Source of the DNA: a virus
Taxonomy: Duplodnaviria > Caudoviricetes
Virus record (IMG/VR): IMGVR_UViG_3300027874_000010
Span: 10,413-74,412 of that record
Strand: one strand, 5' to 3'
DNA length: 64,000 nt
Below are positions 8,974 through 18,000 of the stretch, in pieces (within the stretch, counting starts at the first letter, position 1; each line of letters begins with the position of its first letter). Under the pieces are notes generated by a model that saw nothing but the letters and a program-made list of their open reading frames with translations, made no database searches and was not told where the DNA came from. The translations under genes were made by a program, and so were the position numbers.

Positions 8974-9567
8974 GTGAGCGAGAGAGAAAGCTGGATAGAG
9001 GTCGCAGCGCGGCATGAGGCGACGTTCCAGCCGTACGTTGACCGCGCGGTCGAAGCAGGGGCTGACCCTGGGACGATCAAGTACCTGGCACAGACCGCTG
9101 GCATGCAGCGGTACATCTTCGAGAACAACAACCCTGGTCGCGAGACGGCCTACGCCAGCTTCGAGGAGTTCGTGTTGAAGCACGGTGAGGTCTTCGAGGC
9201 CCCACCCACCAAGAAGCCACGACCCAAGGGTTTCCGCAAGGGCCGCGACAAGATGTGCTTCATGAACTCGACGCACGCGGCGTTCGAGCACGGCTGGTCC
9301 TATGTCGAGGGCTTCGGCACCGGCTACATCCCCGCCCACCACGCCTGGGTCGTTGACGACGACGGCAACGTGGTCGAGACGACGTGGAAGCAGGCGGGCA
9401 GCACCTACTTCGGGGTCAAGTTCTCCGACGAGCAGTGGCGGCTGTCGATCTCGTTGACCGGGGTCTACGGCGTGATGAACGCGGTCTTGATGGAGCAGCC
9501 GTACACGCCCGAGGGCCACGTCGCGGCGTTGCGCGCGGCGTTGGCCGAGAAGCGCAGGGCGGCATGA
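8974..9567 (+). CDS. Hypothetical protein (C...YVEG...HAW motif, possibly papain/transglutaminase-like)
   Basis: Track ORF; CFMNS, YVEGF, HHAWVVD. Confidence 0.7.
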   Translation: MSERESWIEVAARHEATFQPYVDRAVEAGADPGTIKYLAQTAGMQRYIFENNNPGRETAYASFEEFVLKHGEVFEAPPTKKPRPKGFRKGRDKMCFMNSTHAAFEHGWSYVEGFGTGYIPAHHAWVVDDDGNVVETTWKQAGSTYFGVKFSDEQWRLSISLTGVYGVMNAVLMEQPYTPEGHVAALRAALAEKRRAA

Positions 9568-10214
9568 CCCGGCTCCCGTTGACGCTGGACATCGACGGTC
9601 GGACGTGGCGTACACCGCTTACCGCGTCGGATGTCCGTGAGCATGGCGGCGCTCGCATGGTGCCGAAAAGCTATGGGCGGGGCGGCTACTGGCGAATGGA
9701 AGGCACTGGCGGGTACGAGTTCTTTCGCGTGCGCGGCGGTCGCCTGACGGTGATGTCCCTGGACCGCCGTGAACCTGGCCGCAAGCGCTGGAAGACGTGG
9801 ATGGTCGATGACCCGCTGCACTGGTACGGGATGCGCGAGTTGGTCCTCGATCTGCCGCCCGGACGCCTGCTGGTCGCCGGGTTGGGACTTGGGCTGTTTG
9901 CCCACCACCTGATGGACCGTCCCGACATCACCAGCATCGAGGTCATCGAGATCGACCCGGACGTGATCGCGCTGGTCGAGCCAACGCTGCCCGACGATCC
10001 GCGACGAGTCATTGTCAGAGGCGACTACTACGACCGCATCAGCGACGGGCCTGCCCCGGACGCGGTGCTGTGGGATCTGGCAGTTGGCACCGAGGATCAG
10101 ACCCGCCCCGACTTCCTCAAGGCGCAGTTGCTGACAGCCGTCTACCTGCCCGGCACGCCGCTGTTCTGCTTCGGCCTGCGGCGAGAGAAGCACGCCGAGG
10201 AGTTGCTTATCTGA
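9564..10214 (+). CDS. Class I SAM-dependent methyltransferase (spermidine-synthase-like)
   Basis: LLVAGLGLG motif I, IEVIEIDPDVI, VIVRGD; ATGA overlap. Confidence 0.8.
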   Translation: MTRLPLTLDIDGRTWRTPLTASDVREHGGARMVPKSYGRGGYWRMEGTGGYEFFRVRGGRLTVMSLDRREPGRKRWKTWMVDDPLHWYGMRELVLDLPPGRLLVAGLGLGLFAHHLMDRPDITSIEVIEIDPDVIALVEPTLPDDPRRVIVRGDYYDRISDGPAPDAVLWDLAVGTEDQTRPDFLKAQLLTAVYLPGTPLFCFGLRREKHAEELLI

Positions 10215-10414
10215 TGCCGCTGAACGCCGAGCAGATCGAGCGCGAGACGCTGTGGTGGTGCATCAAACGCCAGGTGAAGGTCGTCGGCGGCTGGCACATC
10301 GCGGCCTTCTGCCCACTGCTGATATGGGACTCGGCCCGCGAGGTCCAGGCCGAGGTCAAAGACATGCACCGCCGCCAACTGGCGATGGAAGCCCTGTGGG
10401 ACCGTCTGCTGTGA
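10214..10414 (+). CDS. Hypothetical protein
   Basis: TGATG overlap. Confidence 0.6.
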   Translation: MPLNAEQIERETLWWCIKRQVKVVGGWHIAAFCPLLIWDSAREVQAEVKDMHRRQLAMEALWDRLL

Positions 10415-10418
10415 ATTC

Positions 10419-10448
10419 TTGCGCACACGTGCGAACATAGCGCATAAT
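10419..10448 (+). promoter_or_regulatory. Sigma70-like promoter, repeated cassette family
   Basis: TTGCGC-18-CATAAT, GTGCG box, followed by GGAAGGAGAG SD. Confidence 0.7.
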
Positions 10449-10468
10449 GTCTCTGGAAGGAGAGAGGA

Positions 10469-10852
10469 ATGTCCACCACCAAGACGCCGTTCGTGCCGAG
10501 CTTCATCCCTGAGCCGGACGGCCTGCCAATCTGGAAGATGCGCGAGATCGAGCGGTCACGCCAGCACTTCATCGAGGGCGGCGCGTACGTCGGCCCCGAG
10601 GGTGAGGTGCGCTGGTTCTCCAACGACAGCGTGGTCCCGGGCGACGTGTTCCGTGATGCCTACGTGCGGGTGCCCAACCCCGAGGCTCAGGAGCGGGTGC
10701 GCGACCGTGAGACGCAGGCGTTCCTGGCCGAGTACCGCCGGGCCAACAAGGGCCGCAAGCGGTCGGCTGAGGAGATATTTGAGATGCGCGCGGCCTTCGG
10801 CCCGGGCGAGACGGTTGTCGATGTGATAACCGGTGAGCGGTTCGAGACGTGA
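10469..10852 (+). CDS. Hypothetical protein
   Basis: Strong SD; track ORF. Confidence 0.8.
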   Translation: MSTTKTPFVPSFIPEPDGLPIWKMREIERSRQHFIEGGAYVGPEGEVRWFSNDSVVPGDVFRDAYVRVPNPEAQERVRDRETQAFLAEYRRANKGRKRSAEEIFEMRAAFGPGETVVDVITGERFET

Positions 10853-11721
10853 GTACGACCTACTCACCCTCCCTGTGCACGGCGGCGCGGGATCTCCCTG
10901 TTCGCCTGTCCGAGTGGTGGATGGAACCCAAGATGGACGGCATCCGTCTGCAGATGGTCGCCAGAGGTGGCCGCGTAGACTGCTACTCGCGGGCGGGGCT
11001 GACCTACAACGGTCGTATGCCCGCCGTCGAGGAGGCCCTGTCCGCCCTGGACGTGGTAGTCGATGGCGAGGTCGTCTGGTTCTCACCCGAAACGGGTGAG
11101 GTGGACTTCCACAAAGGCTCGGGCCTGTTCCGTCGCGAAGACTCGGCGCGGGCGCAGCGCTTCGAGGGGCCGCTGACCTACGTGGTCTTCGACATGCTCG
11201 AACTGGCCGGCCAGGATCTGCGCAAGCTGCCCATCGAGACACGGCGCGGCCTGCTGGCGCAGTTGGTCGAGGGCCTCGGGTGCCCGCAGCTTCGCCTGAT
11301 CGAACAGGCCGAAGCGTCACCCGAGGCACAAGCAGCCTACATCGCGCGCTACCGCGAAGGGGTGGTCCTCAAGAAGAAGGGCAGCACCTACGTCGCGGGC
11401 CGGCCTCCGACCTGGCTCAAGCTGAAGGTGGTCGAGGATGCCGATGTGGTCATCACCGGCTTCGAGCGCGGCAAGGGCAAGTACGCCAACACCCTGGGGT
11501 GCGTCGAGTTCAGCCAGTTCCGCGAGGGCCTGTTGGAGCGGCGCGGGACGTGCTCGGGCATGACCGACGCCGAGCGCGATCACATCTGGCACAACCGCTC
11601 CGAGTACGAGGGCAAGGTGCTGGTCATCCGTCACATGGGAGCCGATGGCGAGGGCTTCCGGCACCCACAGTGGAGCCACGTTCGAGAAGACAAAAACGCC
11701 TGGGAGTGCGTCTGGTCATGA
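10849..11721 (+). CDS. lig: ATP-dependent DNA ligase (minimal adenylation + OB domain)
   Basis: EPKMDG (KxDG), VVDGEVV, VVFDML, EGVVLKK, WLKLK, FRHP. Confidence 0.93.
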   Translation: MSTTYSPSLCTAARDLPVRLSEWWMEPKMDGIRLQMVARGGRVDCYSRAGLTYNGRMPAVEEALSALDVVVDGEVVWFSPETGEVDFHKGSGLFRREDSARAQRFEGPLTYVVFDMLELAGQDLRKLPIETRRGLLAQLVEGLGCPQLRLIEQAEASPEAQAAYIARYREGVVLKKKGSTYVAGRPPTWLKLKVVEDADVVITGFERGKGKYANTLGCVEFSQFREGLLERRGTCSGMTDAERDHIWHNRSEYEGKVLVIRHMGADGEGFRHPQWSHVREDKNAWECVWS

Positions 11722-11802
11722 CGCGCTCCTGTCGTATGCTGACCCCGCTGCCGGGGAGTCACCCTGTTTCTCCTTCCAAAGTGCAGGGGCGCTTGGAGTG
11801 CT

Positions 11803-12594
11803 GTGGTGGCCTCTGAGCCGACGACTCCCGGCAGCGGTCCGCCCATCCCGCCCGAGCTACTGCGGCAAGCGCGCGTGACGCTGCGCGCGCACGAGGCGAT
11901 GGACGAGGCGTGGCGGCTGATCGAAGAAGTCAACGCCCGCCAGGAGCACCCGGGCCAGGTCGCGTGTGCCAGCGGTTGCGCGGCGTGCTGCAGCTACCTC
12001 GTGGACACCATCTCCTCCGAGGGAGCGGTGATCGCCACGGGCATCGAGTACGGCGACCCGGGCTACAAGGCCGTGGTCATGGAGCGGCTGCTGGATTGGG
12101 AGTACGAGTTCATGCACTGGATGCTGCGGCACCCCATCCCCAACGAGGGCCGCAAGGATCACGAGCACGACCTGTGGCGCGGCCAGTGGCAGATCCGCAG
12201 GATCGCCTGCCCGTTTCTGGATCTCGACTCCAACATGTGCTCGATCTACGCCGACCGACCGGCGACGTGCCGAGGGCACCATGCCTGCTACCCGCCGCCC
12301 CAGGTCGCGGATCACGTCTCGATGCCGCCCGAGGGCTGCTTCACCAAGATCGAGGATCTCCAGCGCGGCGAACTGACCCCGATCTGGCAACTCAACGACA
12401 CCGTGACGCAGACGTTCTCGAAGTTGCTGGCCGACTCGTTGCACGCCCGCGACATCGCGTTTTCGTCGCATCTGCTGCCGATCATGGTGCTGTGGGCCGG
12501 GCGCTCATGGTTCGGTTGGCCCGCACCCGACTCGCGCAAGCGGAGAGCCAAACCCCCACGGATAACCGTAGCCAGGAAGGAGCCACCACAATGA
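11803..12594 (+). CDS. YkgJ-family (CxxCxxCC) cysteine-cluster protein
   Basis: CASGCAACC, CPFLD, CSIYADRPATCR. Confidence 0.85.
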   Translation: MVASEPTTPGSGPPIPPELLRQARVTLRAHEAMDEAWRLIEEVNARQEHPGQVACASGCAACCSYLVDTISSEGAVIATGIEYGDPGYKAVVMERLLDWEYEFMHWMLRHPIPNEGRKDHEHDLWRGQWQIRRIACPFLDLDSNMCSIYADRPATCRGHHACYPPPQVADHVSMPPEGCFTKIEDLQRGELTPIWQLNDTVTQTFSKLLADSLHARDIAFSSHLLPIMVLWAGRSWFGWPAPDSRKRRAKPPRITVARKEPPQ

Positions 12595-12836
12595 TCGACC
12601 CGATGAACCTGCTGGTGCTGGAGGCGACGTTCTGCACGTTCTGCTTCCGCCAGGGCAAGCGTCCGCCAGCACACGAGGCGGGCATCCTGGGCGGCGTGCG
12701 CTTCGGGCGCGGCGGACGGATCGGCAACTTCGACCGCAGCTACCGGCGTGCCACGCGGCGGCGCGTCATCAAGCACGTCCGCGCCGAGCACCCCGAGTTC
12801 AAGGCCCCACTCAAGGGCGAGAAGGTCGCGCCATGA
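12591..12836 (+). CDS. Hypothetical protein
   Basis: SD AGGAG, ATGA overlap. Confidence 0.65.
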   Translation: MIDPMNLLVLEATFCTFCFRQGKRPPAHEAGILGGVRFGRGGRIGNFDRSYRRATRRRVIKHVRAEHPEFKAPLKGEKVAP

Positions 12837-13045
12837 GCGTCTGCGACGACGAGCGGAATCTGTACCCGCTGGAGGCAGCGCTCGATGCCCTCGAACGGCT
12901 GCACGACTACATCGTGCAGGACGGCGAACAGAAAGCGCGGGAGTGTCTGTGCCAGGAAGCCGCTGCATGGCGGGCCGCGCGCAAGGTGACTGTGGCGTGG
13001 CGGGAGGAGCGCGGCATGAAGGTCCGCCTGCTGGATCAGGTATGA
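12833..13045 (+). CDS. Hypothetical protein
   Basis: ATGA overlaps at both ends. Confidence 0.65.
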   Translation: MSVCDDERNLYPLEAALDALERLHDYIVQDGEQKARECLCQEAAAWRAARKVTVAWREERGMKVRLLDQV

Positions 13046-14112
13046 GCATCGGCAACCCGGGCGTTGGCTTGAGCCTGCGAGACGCCATGCTGAACATGAC
13101 CCGCAACCCGACGCGGCTGTGGCACGCCTCGTCGCTGGTCGCCAACAGCAACGACGACGACGCCATCGCGACGATGGCCGGCTACATCAAGCCGACCGCC
13201 GAGCGCGCCGCCGTGTACTACGCGACTTCGAGTGTCTCGCGCGACCTGGGCGCTGCCGCCAGAGCGCTGCAGCAGGAGCACCTCGTGCGCTTCTACCGTG
13301 AGGACTTCCCGACGCCGTTCGGCCTGATGGTCTTCGACGGCGACGACTATGAGCTACCGTCCTGGGGCACCTACGGCAAGCAGACGCTGCGCGGCATCCT
13401 GTGGGCGGTCGCCGCCGACGCCCTGATCCTGTGGAGCATCGTCCACGACCGGAGCGACTTCGAGGAGCACGCGCGCATATTCAGCTTCGGCGGCGCGCAC
13501 TTCCGCCAGATGCTGGCCGCGCCCTGGGGACGCCAGATGCAGATCGTGCCCGGCCCCAACCCGCAGCAGCGCGCCGAGGCCGAGGAGTCCAAGGGTTGGC
13601 CGGGCGGCAAGGGTGTCACCCTCCAATCGGACGGCATCGTGCGAATCCACGGCGGCGACATCGCCACCTTCCGCGAGGAGACGGAGAAGAAGATCCCGGG
13701 CTACGACGCGGGCATCAGCGTCGAAGACGAGCAGGTTCAGGTTGCCTACGCCGCCGCTGCGATTTTCAGATTGGTCTACACATGGACGCAGTTCGTGGCC
13801 GACGAGATCGTGACCGTCAGCCGTGCGGCGCTGAGCCGTGCTGAGAGACGCCGCGCCGAGCGCGAGAAGACCCCCGAACCGCAACTCAACGTCATTCTGC
13901 TCAGACGGGTGCGGCACGAGCGACCCGAGGGCGACGAGATTCACGACGTGGACTGGAAGTCGCGCTGGTACGTGCACGGCCACTGGCGCAACCAGCCGTA
14001 CGGTCCCAGGGACAACCCCGAGTACCGTGCCAAGTTCATCACCGGCTACATCAAAGGGCCAGAAGGGAAACCTCTCGTGATGAAAGATCGGGTGATCGTC
14101 CTTGGCCGCTGA
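13042..14112 (+). CDS. Conserved phage hypothetical protein, 356 aa (C-terminal VHGHWRNQPYGP...KGPE)
   Basis: ATG 13042 within track ORF 12748..14112. Confidence 0.8.
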   Translation: MSIGNPGVGLSLRDAMLNMTRNPTRLWHASSLVANSNDDDAIATMAGYIKPTAERAAVYYATSSVSRDLGAAARALQQEHLVRFYREDFPTPFGLMVFDGDDYELPSWGTYGKQTLRGILWAVAADALILWSIVHDRSDFEEHARIFSFGGAHFRQMLAAPWGRQMQIVPGPNPQQRAEAEESKGWPGGKGVTLQSDGIVRIHGGDIATFREETEKKIPGYDAGISVEDEQVQVAYAAAAIFRLVYTWTQFVADEIVTVSRAALSRAERRRAEREKTPEPQLNVILLRRVRHERPEGDEIHDVDWKSRWYVHGHWRNQPYGPRDNPEYRAKFITGYIKGPEGKPLVMKDRVIVLGR

Positions 14113-14293
14113 CCCGCGCCTCGACGTGCGCAATCTCATCGAGCAGTGCATCGACCAGACCGAGGAGCGCCGCCGTATGGAAACGGTGATCGACGCCGTG
14201 GTCGCCAGGATCAAAACCGACCCGGCGCTCACGGACGCCATCATCGAGGAGTACGTCCGCAATCAGTACCGCAGCCGTGAGTACGGGCTGTGA
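14102..14293 (+). CDS. Hypothetical protein
   Basis: Track ORF. Confidence 0.6.
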   Translation: MAADPRLDVRNLIEQCIDQTEERRRMETVIDAVVARIKTDPALTDAIIEEYVRNQYRSREYGL

Positions 14294-14535
14294 GCGAGGA
14301 GTTCACCATCCTGTGCGGCTGGTGCCACCGCGAGGTGGTCAGCTTCGTCGGCCCGCCAGCGATGGTCACCGTCAACACGCTGGCTCCTGGGCTGGACGGC
14401 AACTTCTGGCGGATCTGCCTGTCGTGCTACGCCGAACTCATCAAGCTGATCGCTGAGCGCGACTGGCGCTCGACGCCTCCTGACCGTGAGCCGCCTCGCC
14501 CTGGCAGCTTTGAGTTCGAGATCGAGAATCCGTGA
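14290..14535 (+). CDS. Hypothetical protein with two CxxC
   Basis: GTGA overlap. Confidence 0.65.
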   Translation: MSEEFTILCGWCHREVVSFVGPPAMVTVNTLAPGLDGNFWRICLSCYAELIKLIAERDWRSTPPDREPPRPGSFEFEIENP

Positions 14536-14702
14536 TCCCTGACGACCACAAGCCCACGCTGTACCGCGCGCGAGGCCACGCCTGGGTGGTGTGCGCCTGC
14601 GGTTGGAAGTCCGGCGACCAGCGCGACCAGGCTGCGGCGCAGCTTGCCTGGTCAGGCCACATCCGCGACGTGCTGCTCGCTCATCCTAGAGATCGAGGAT
14701 GA
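14532..14702 (+). CDS. Small CxCGW...H protein
   Basis: Hand translation; GTGA overlap. Confidence 0.55.
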   Translation: MIPDDHKPTLYRARGHAWVVCACGWKSGDQRDQAAAQLAWSGHIRDVLLAHPRDRG

Positions 14703-14765
14703 TCCCCGACTGGCTGGTCTACCTGCTGTGCTTCGCGGCGGGCGAACTCAGCGTGGTGCTCTGGC

Positions 14766-15086
14766 TCAACTTTCGATGCTCAAGACGAGGCCGCGACCGT
14801 CGTTAGGGAAGCTCTCCTGATGCCCGGGCCACGCCACCAGCCAGTGGTAGAAGTACGCGCCAGGAACGTCCGTCTCGCCAGGTAGCCAGATGTGCTGCAC
14901 CAGCCCCTGGGTCGCATCGGCACCCGCGATGGTCGCGGGCAGGATCGTCTCGATGCTGGTCGCCATCTCAAAGAGCTTGAGCGAGACGGTGGCGTCGGTG
15001 AGATCCACGGCACTGAGATCCGGGTTGAGCAGCGTGCCCGTGATTGTCGGCAGCGTGTCGGAGAGCTTGAGATAGAAGTCGGCCAT
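14766..15086 (-). CDS. BppU-like baseplate/tail-associated Ig-fold protein
   Basis: FYLKLSDTLP...VDLTDATV...GLVQHIW...DVPGAY...ESFP; overlaps the stop of the giant tail gene. Confidence 0.7.
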   Translation of the reverse strand: MADFYLKLSDTLPTITGTLLNPDLSAVDLTDATVSLKLFEMATSIETILPATIAGADATQGLVQHIWLPGETDVPGAYFYHWLVAWPGHQESFPNDGRGLVLSIES

Positions 15087-18000
15087 CAGCTTGGCTCCTC
15101 GCCTCGATTCGGGTTGCCCCACGTCACCTTGCCAGATGCACCCGCGCTGGTCCTAGAGCCGTAGGGCGAGCCACTGGTTGCCCTGCGCCGTCCGCCCGCC
15201 GAGGTGCGCCCGTTGCTGCCGCCCACTGAGGTCCGCGACGGACCGGTGTGGATGATCTGACCGTCACCGGTCGTGCCCTCGAAGCGGTTGATGTGCAGGG
15301 TCGCATCCAGCGTGGCCTGCCCAACGGATGACCCGAACAGCATCTTGAAGATGGCGATCTCGCATTCGAGGGCGACCGAGGTGAGCACGCCCGATGGCGG
15401 CAGGTAGACCAGCAGCCCGGCCGCGAAGCTCGACTGCGCGACGGTGACCACCGTCAGGCCGATACGCAGCGGACTCAGGCTCGAAGACGCCTGGGCGACC
15501 AGCGGCGGCGGCTGGATGTACTGATAACGGGTTATCGCTGCCGTGCTGCCCGAGGCCGTCAGCACCGTCGCCTGGACGAAGACCGTCAGCCCCGCTTGAG
15601 TGCCGCCCTGAGCCGCGCCCGAGGCCCCCAGGCCGATGGCGAGCACCGCGTCGAGGGTGACGTGGGTGGTGACGATGCCCGCGAACTCGGTGCCCGCCTG
15701 GACGAACGTCACACCCGAGGTCTGCGCCTGGGCGATGGTGACGACACTCAGGCCGAAGTTGACCGGCGGCGCGCTCAGGCTGGCCTGGGCGATGACCGTG
15801 CCCGAGAGCACCGCGCGCTGGCCGGTCTGCGCGCTCGACGCGGCCTGGGCGACGGACTGGCCCGCCAGCAGCAGGACGAAGGGGACGTTCTGGACCAGCG
15901 CCTGACCCTGGACGCTGCCCGCAACCAGCGTGTTGAGCAGTGCGTCGAACTGCGACTGGGCGCGGATCGGGAGTGGCACCAGCGTGGCACCGAAGGCGCA
16001 CGCTGAGATCGCCTGCGAGACAACCTGGCCGCTGAGCGCCACGCGCACCGTCAGCGCCGTGACGCTCGTGCTCGCCTGCGGCAGGACGCTGCCAGCCATG
16101 AAGTAGGTGATGAACGGGTTGGGGACGAAGACCGTCGCCTGGGCCGCGCTCGCGCCGACGAGTGGGGAGGCAGGCACCAGCGAGCACGAGGTGCTGGCCT
16201 GGGCGACGGTCAGCCCGGCGAGGCCGTACGTAGCGGGCAGTTGTCCCGTGGCCTGGGCCTGGGCGACCACAGATCCCTGCAGCGCCAGGGCGACCTGGGC
16301 CGTGGCCGTGGCCTGGGCGACCACGACGGCCGAGCCGATCAGCGGCGAGTAGATCGCGGAGAGTGTGGCCTGCGTCGTGATCTGGCCGGTCAGAAGCTCG
16401 GTGGCCGGGCCGAAGACCAGCGCCTGGGCCGTGACGGTGCCCGCCAGCCCGATGGTGAGCGTGCCGGTGCCCGTCGAGAGCGCAACGGACTGGCTCGCCA
16501 GGAGCACCGTGGGTGCACCAAGCACTTCATCCAGCGCCGCCTGGGTGACGATGGCGACCGGTGCCAGGACCAGTTTGAGCGCCGCCGTGGTGTTGGTCGT
16601 GGTGAGGACCGCACCCGCCATCTGGACGCCGGTGCCGAAGGCTCCCGTCGAGATGGCCTGGGCGACGACGGCCTGCGAGCCGAGGGCGACCTTGAGGCCA
16701 GGGATTGGCCCGACTTCATCCAGTGCCGCCTGGGTCGCGATGGTGCCCGCCAGGGCGTTGGCTTGGCTCAGCGCCGCAGTGCTTACTGCCTGGGTCGCGG
16801 CATTGCCAGCCAGCCCCAGGACCAGCGTGTTGGTACTCAGCACCTGGGTGACCGTCGCGCCCTGGAGCTTCGCCGTCAGCGTGGCTGTGGACTGCGCCTG
16901 GGTGACCGTCGCACCCGTAACCAGCATGCCGATGATGAGTTGCGCCGAGGTGCTCGACGCCTGTGCGGTGGTGACCTGGGGCGGGAAGGCGACGGTGATG
17001 ATCGCGCTGGTCGATGCCTGCGCTGTGCCGATGCCGGTCAGGTTCGACATCGCACCGACGAAGACGGCCTGGGCGACGATGGTCTGGTTGCCGAGCGACA
17101 GCTTCAGCCCTGGGGTTGCGCCGATCTCATCCAGCGCAGCCTGGGTGGTGACCGTGCCCGTCAGGATGTTGACCTGGCTGAGCGCGCCAGCCAGCGTGAC
17201 CTGGGTGACCGTCGCCGCTGGCAGGAAGACGGTTGGCGCGCTCGTACTGAGCGCCTGGGTCGCCGTCAGCCCCTGCAGCTTGAGGGTCGGCGCGGCTCCG
17301 ATCTCGTCCAGTGCGGCCTGCCCGAAGAAGCTCGCCTGGAGCGCCTGGACCTGAACCATCACCGCGCTGGTGCTGGCCTGGGTGACGGTCGGTCCTGCCA
17401 GCAAGATCCTGGGCGCGCCGGTCGCGACGGCCTGGGTGACGATGCCCGGGGTACTCAGCCACTCGGTGAGCGGACCGCTGACGATGGCCTGGGCGATGAC
17501 CGATCCCTGAACCAGCAGCGTCGGCGCAGCCAGGATCTCGTCCAGGCCGGCCTGGGTCGCGATGGTGCCCGCCAGCGCCTGCTTCGCCGTGAGCGTGCCG
17601 CTCAGCGTTGCCTGGCCGATGGAGTTGCCGCCGAACGCTGGCGCGACCTCGCGCGGCGCGCCCAGGACGATGCGCCCGAGCAGCGTCATCGGCGTGCCCA
17701 GGACCGCCGTGTCGCGCAGCGCGATGCCGAGGCGCGTCGGCACACGAAGGTTGGCCGAGGTAACTGCCTGGGTCGCCACGACCTGGGTGCCGAGCGCGAA
17801 GCGCGGGCTGGCGGTGCTGACGGCCTGGGCGACGGGCGAGGCCGTCAGCATCTCCCACATCGGACCGATGACCGTGGCTTGCGCGACAGAGGTGCCCGCC
17901 AAACCAGCGGTCAGCGTAGTGAGCACCGGTGCGCCCTGGCTGACCGTCGCGCCCGCCAGTGCGAAGGCTTGGCTCAAGGTTGCGGACGAGACGGCCTGGG

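Noticed and set aside
10824-10834. Half-sites GATAACCGGT (10825), GATAACCG (12561, 25773)
   Set aside because: Second arm missing; not counted as palindrome copies
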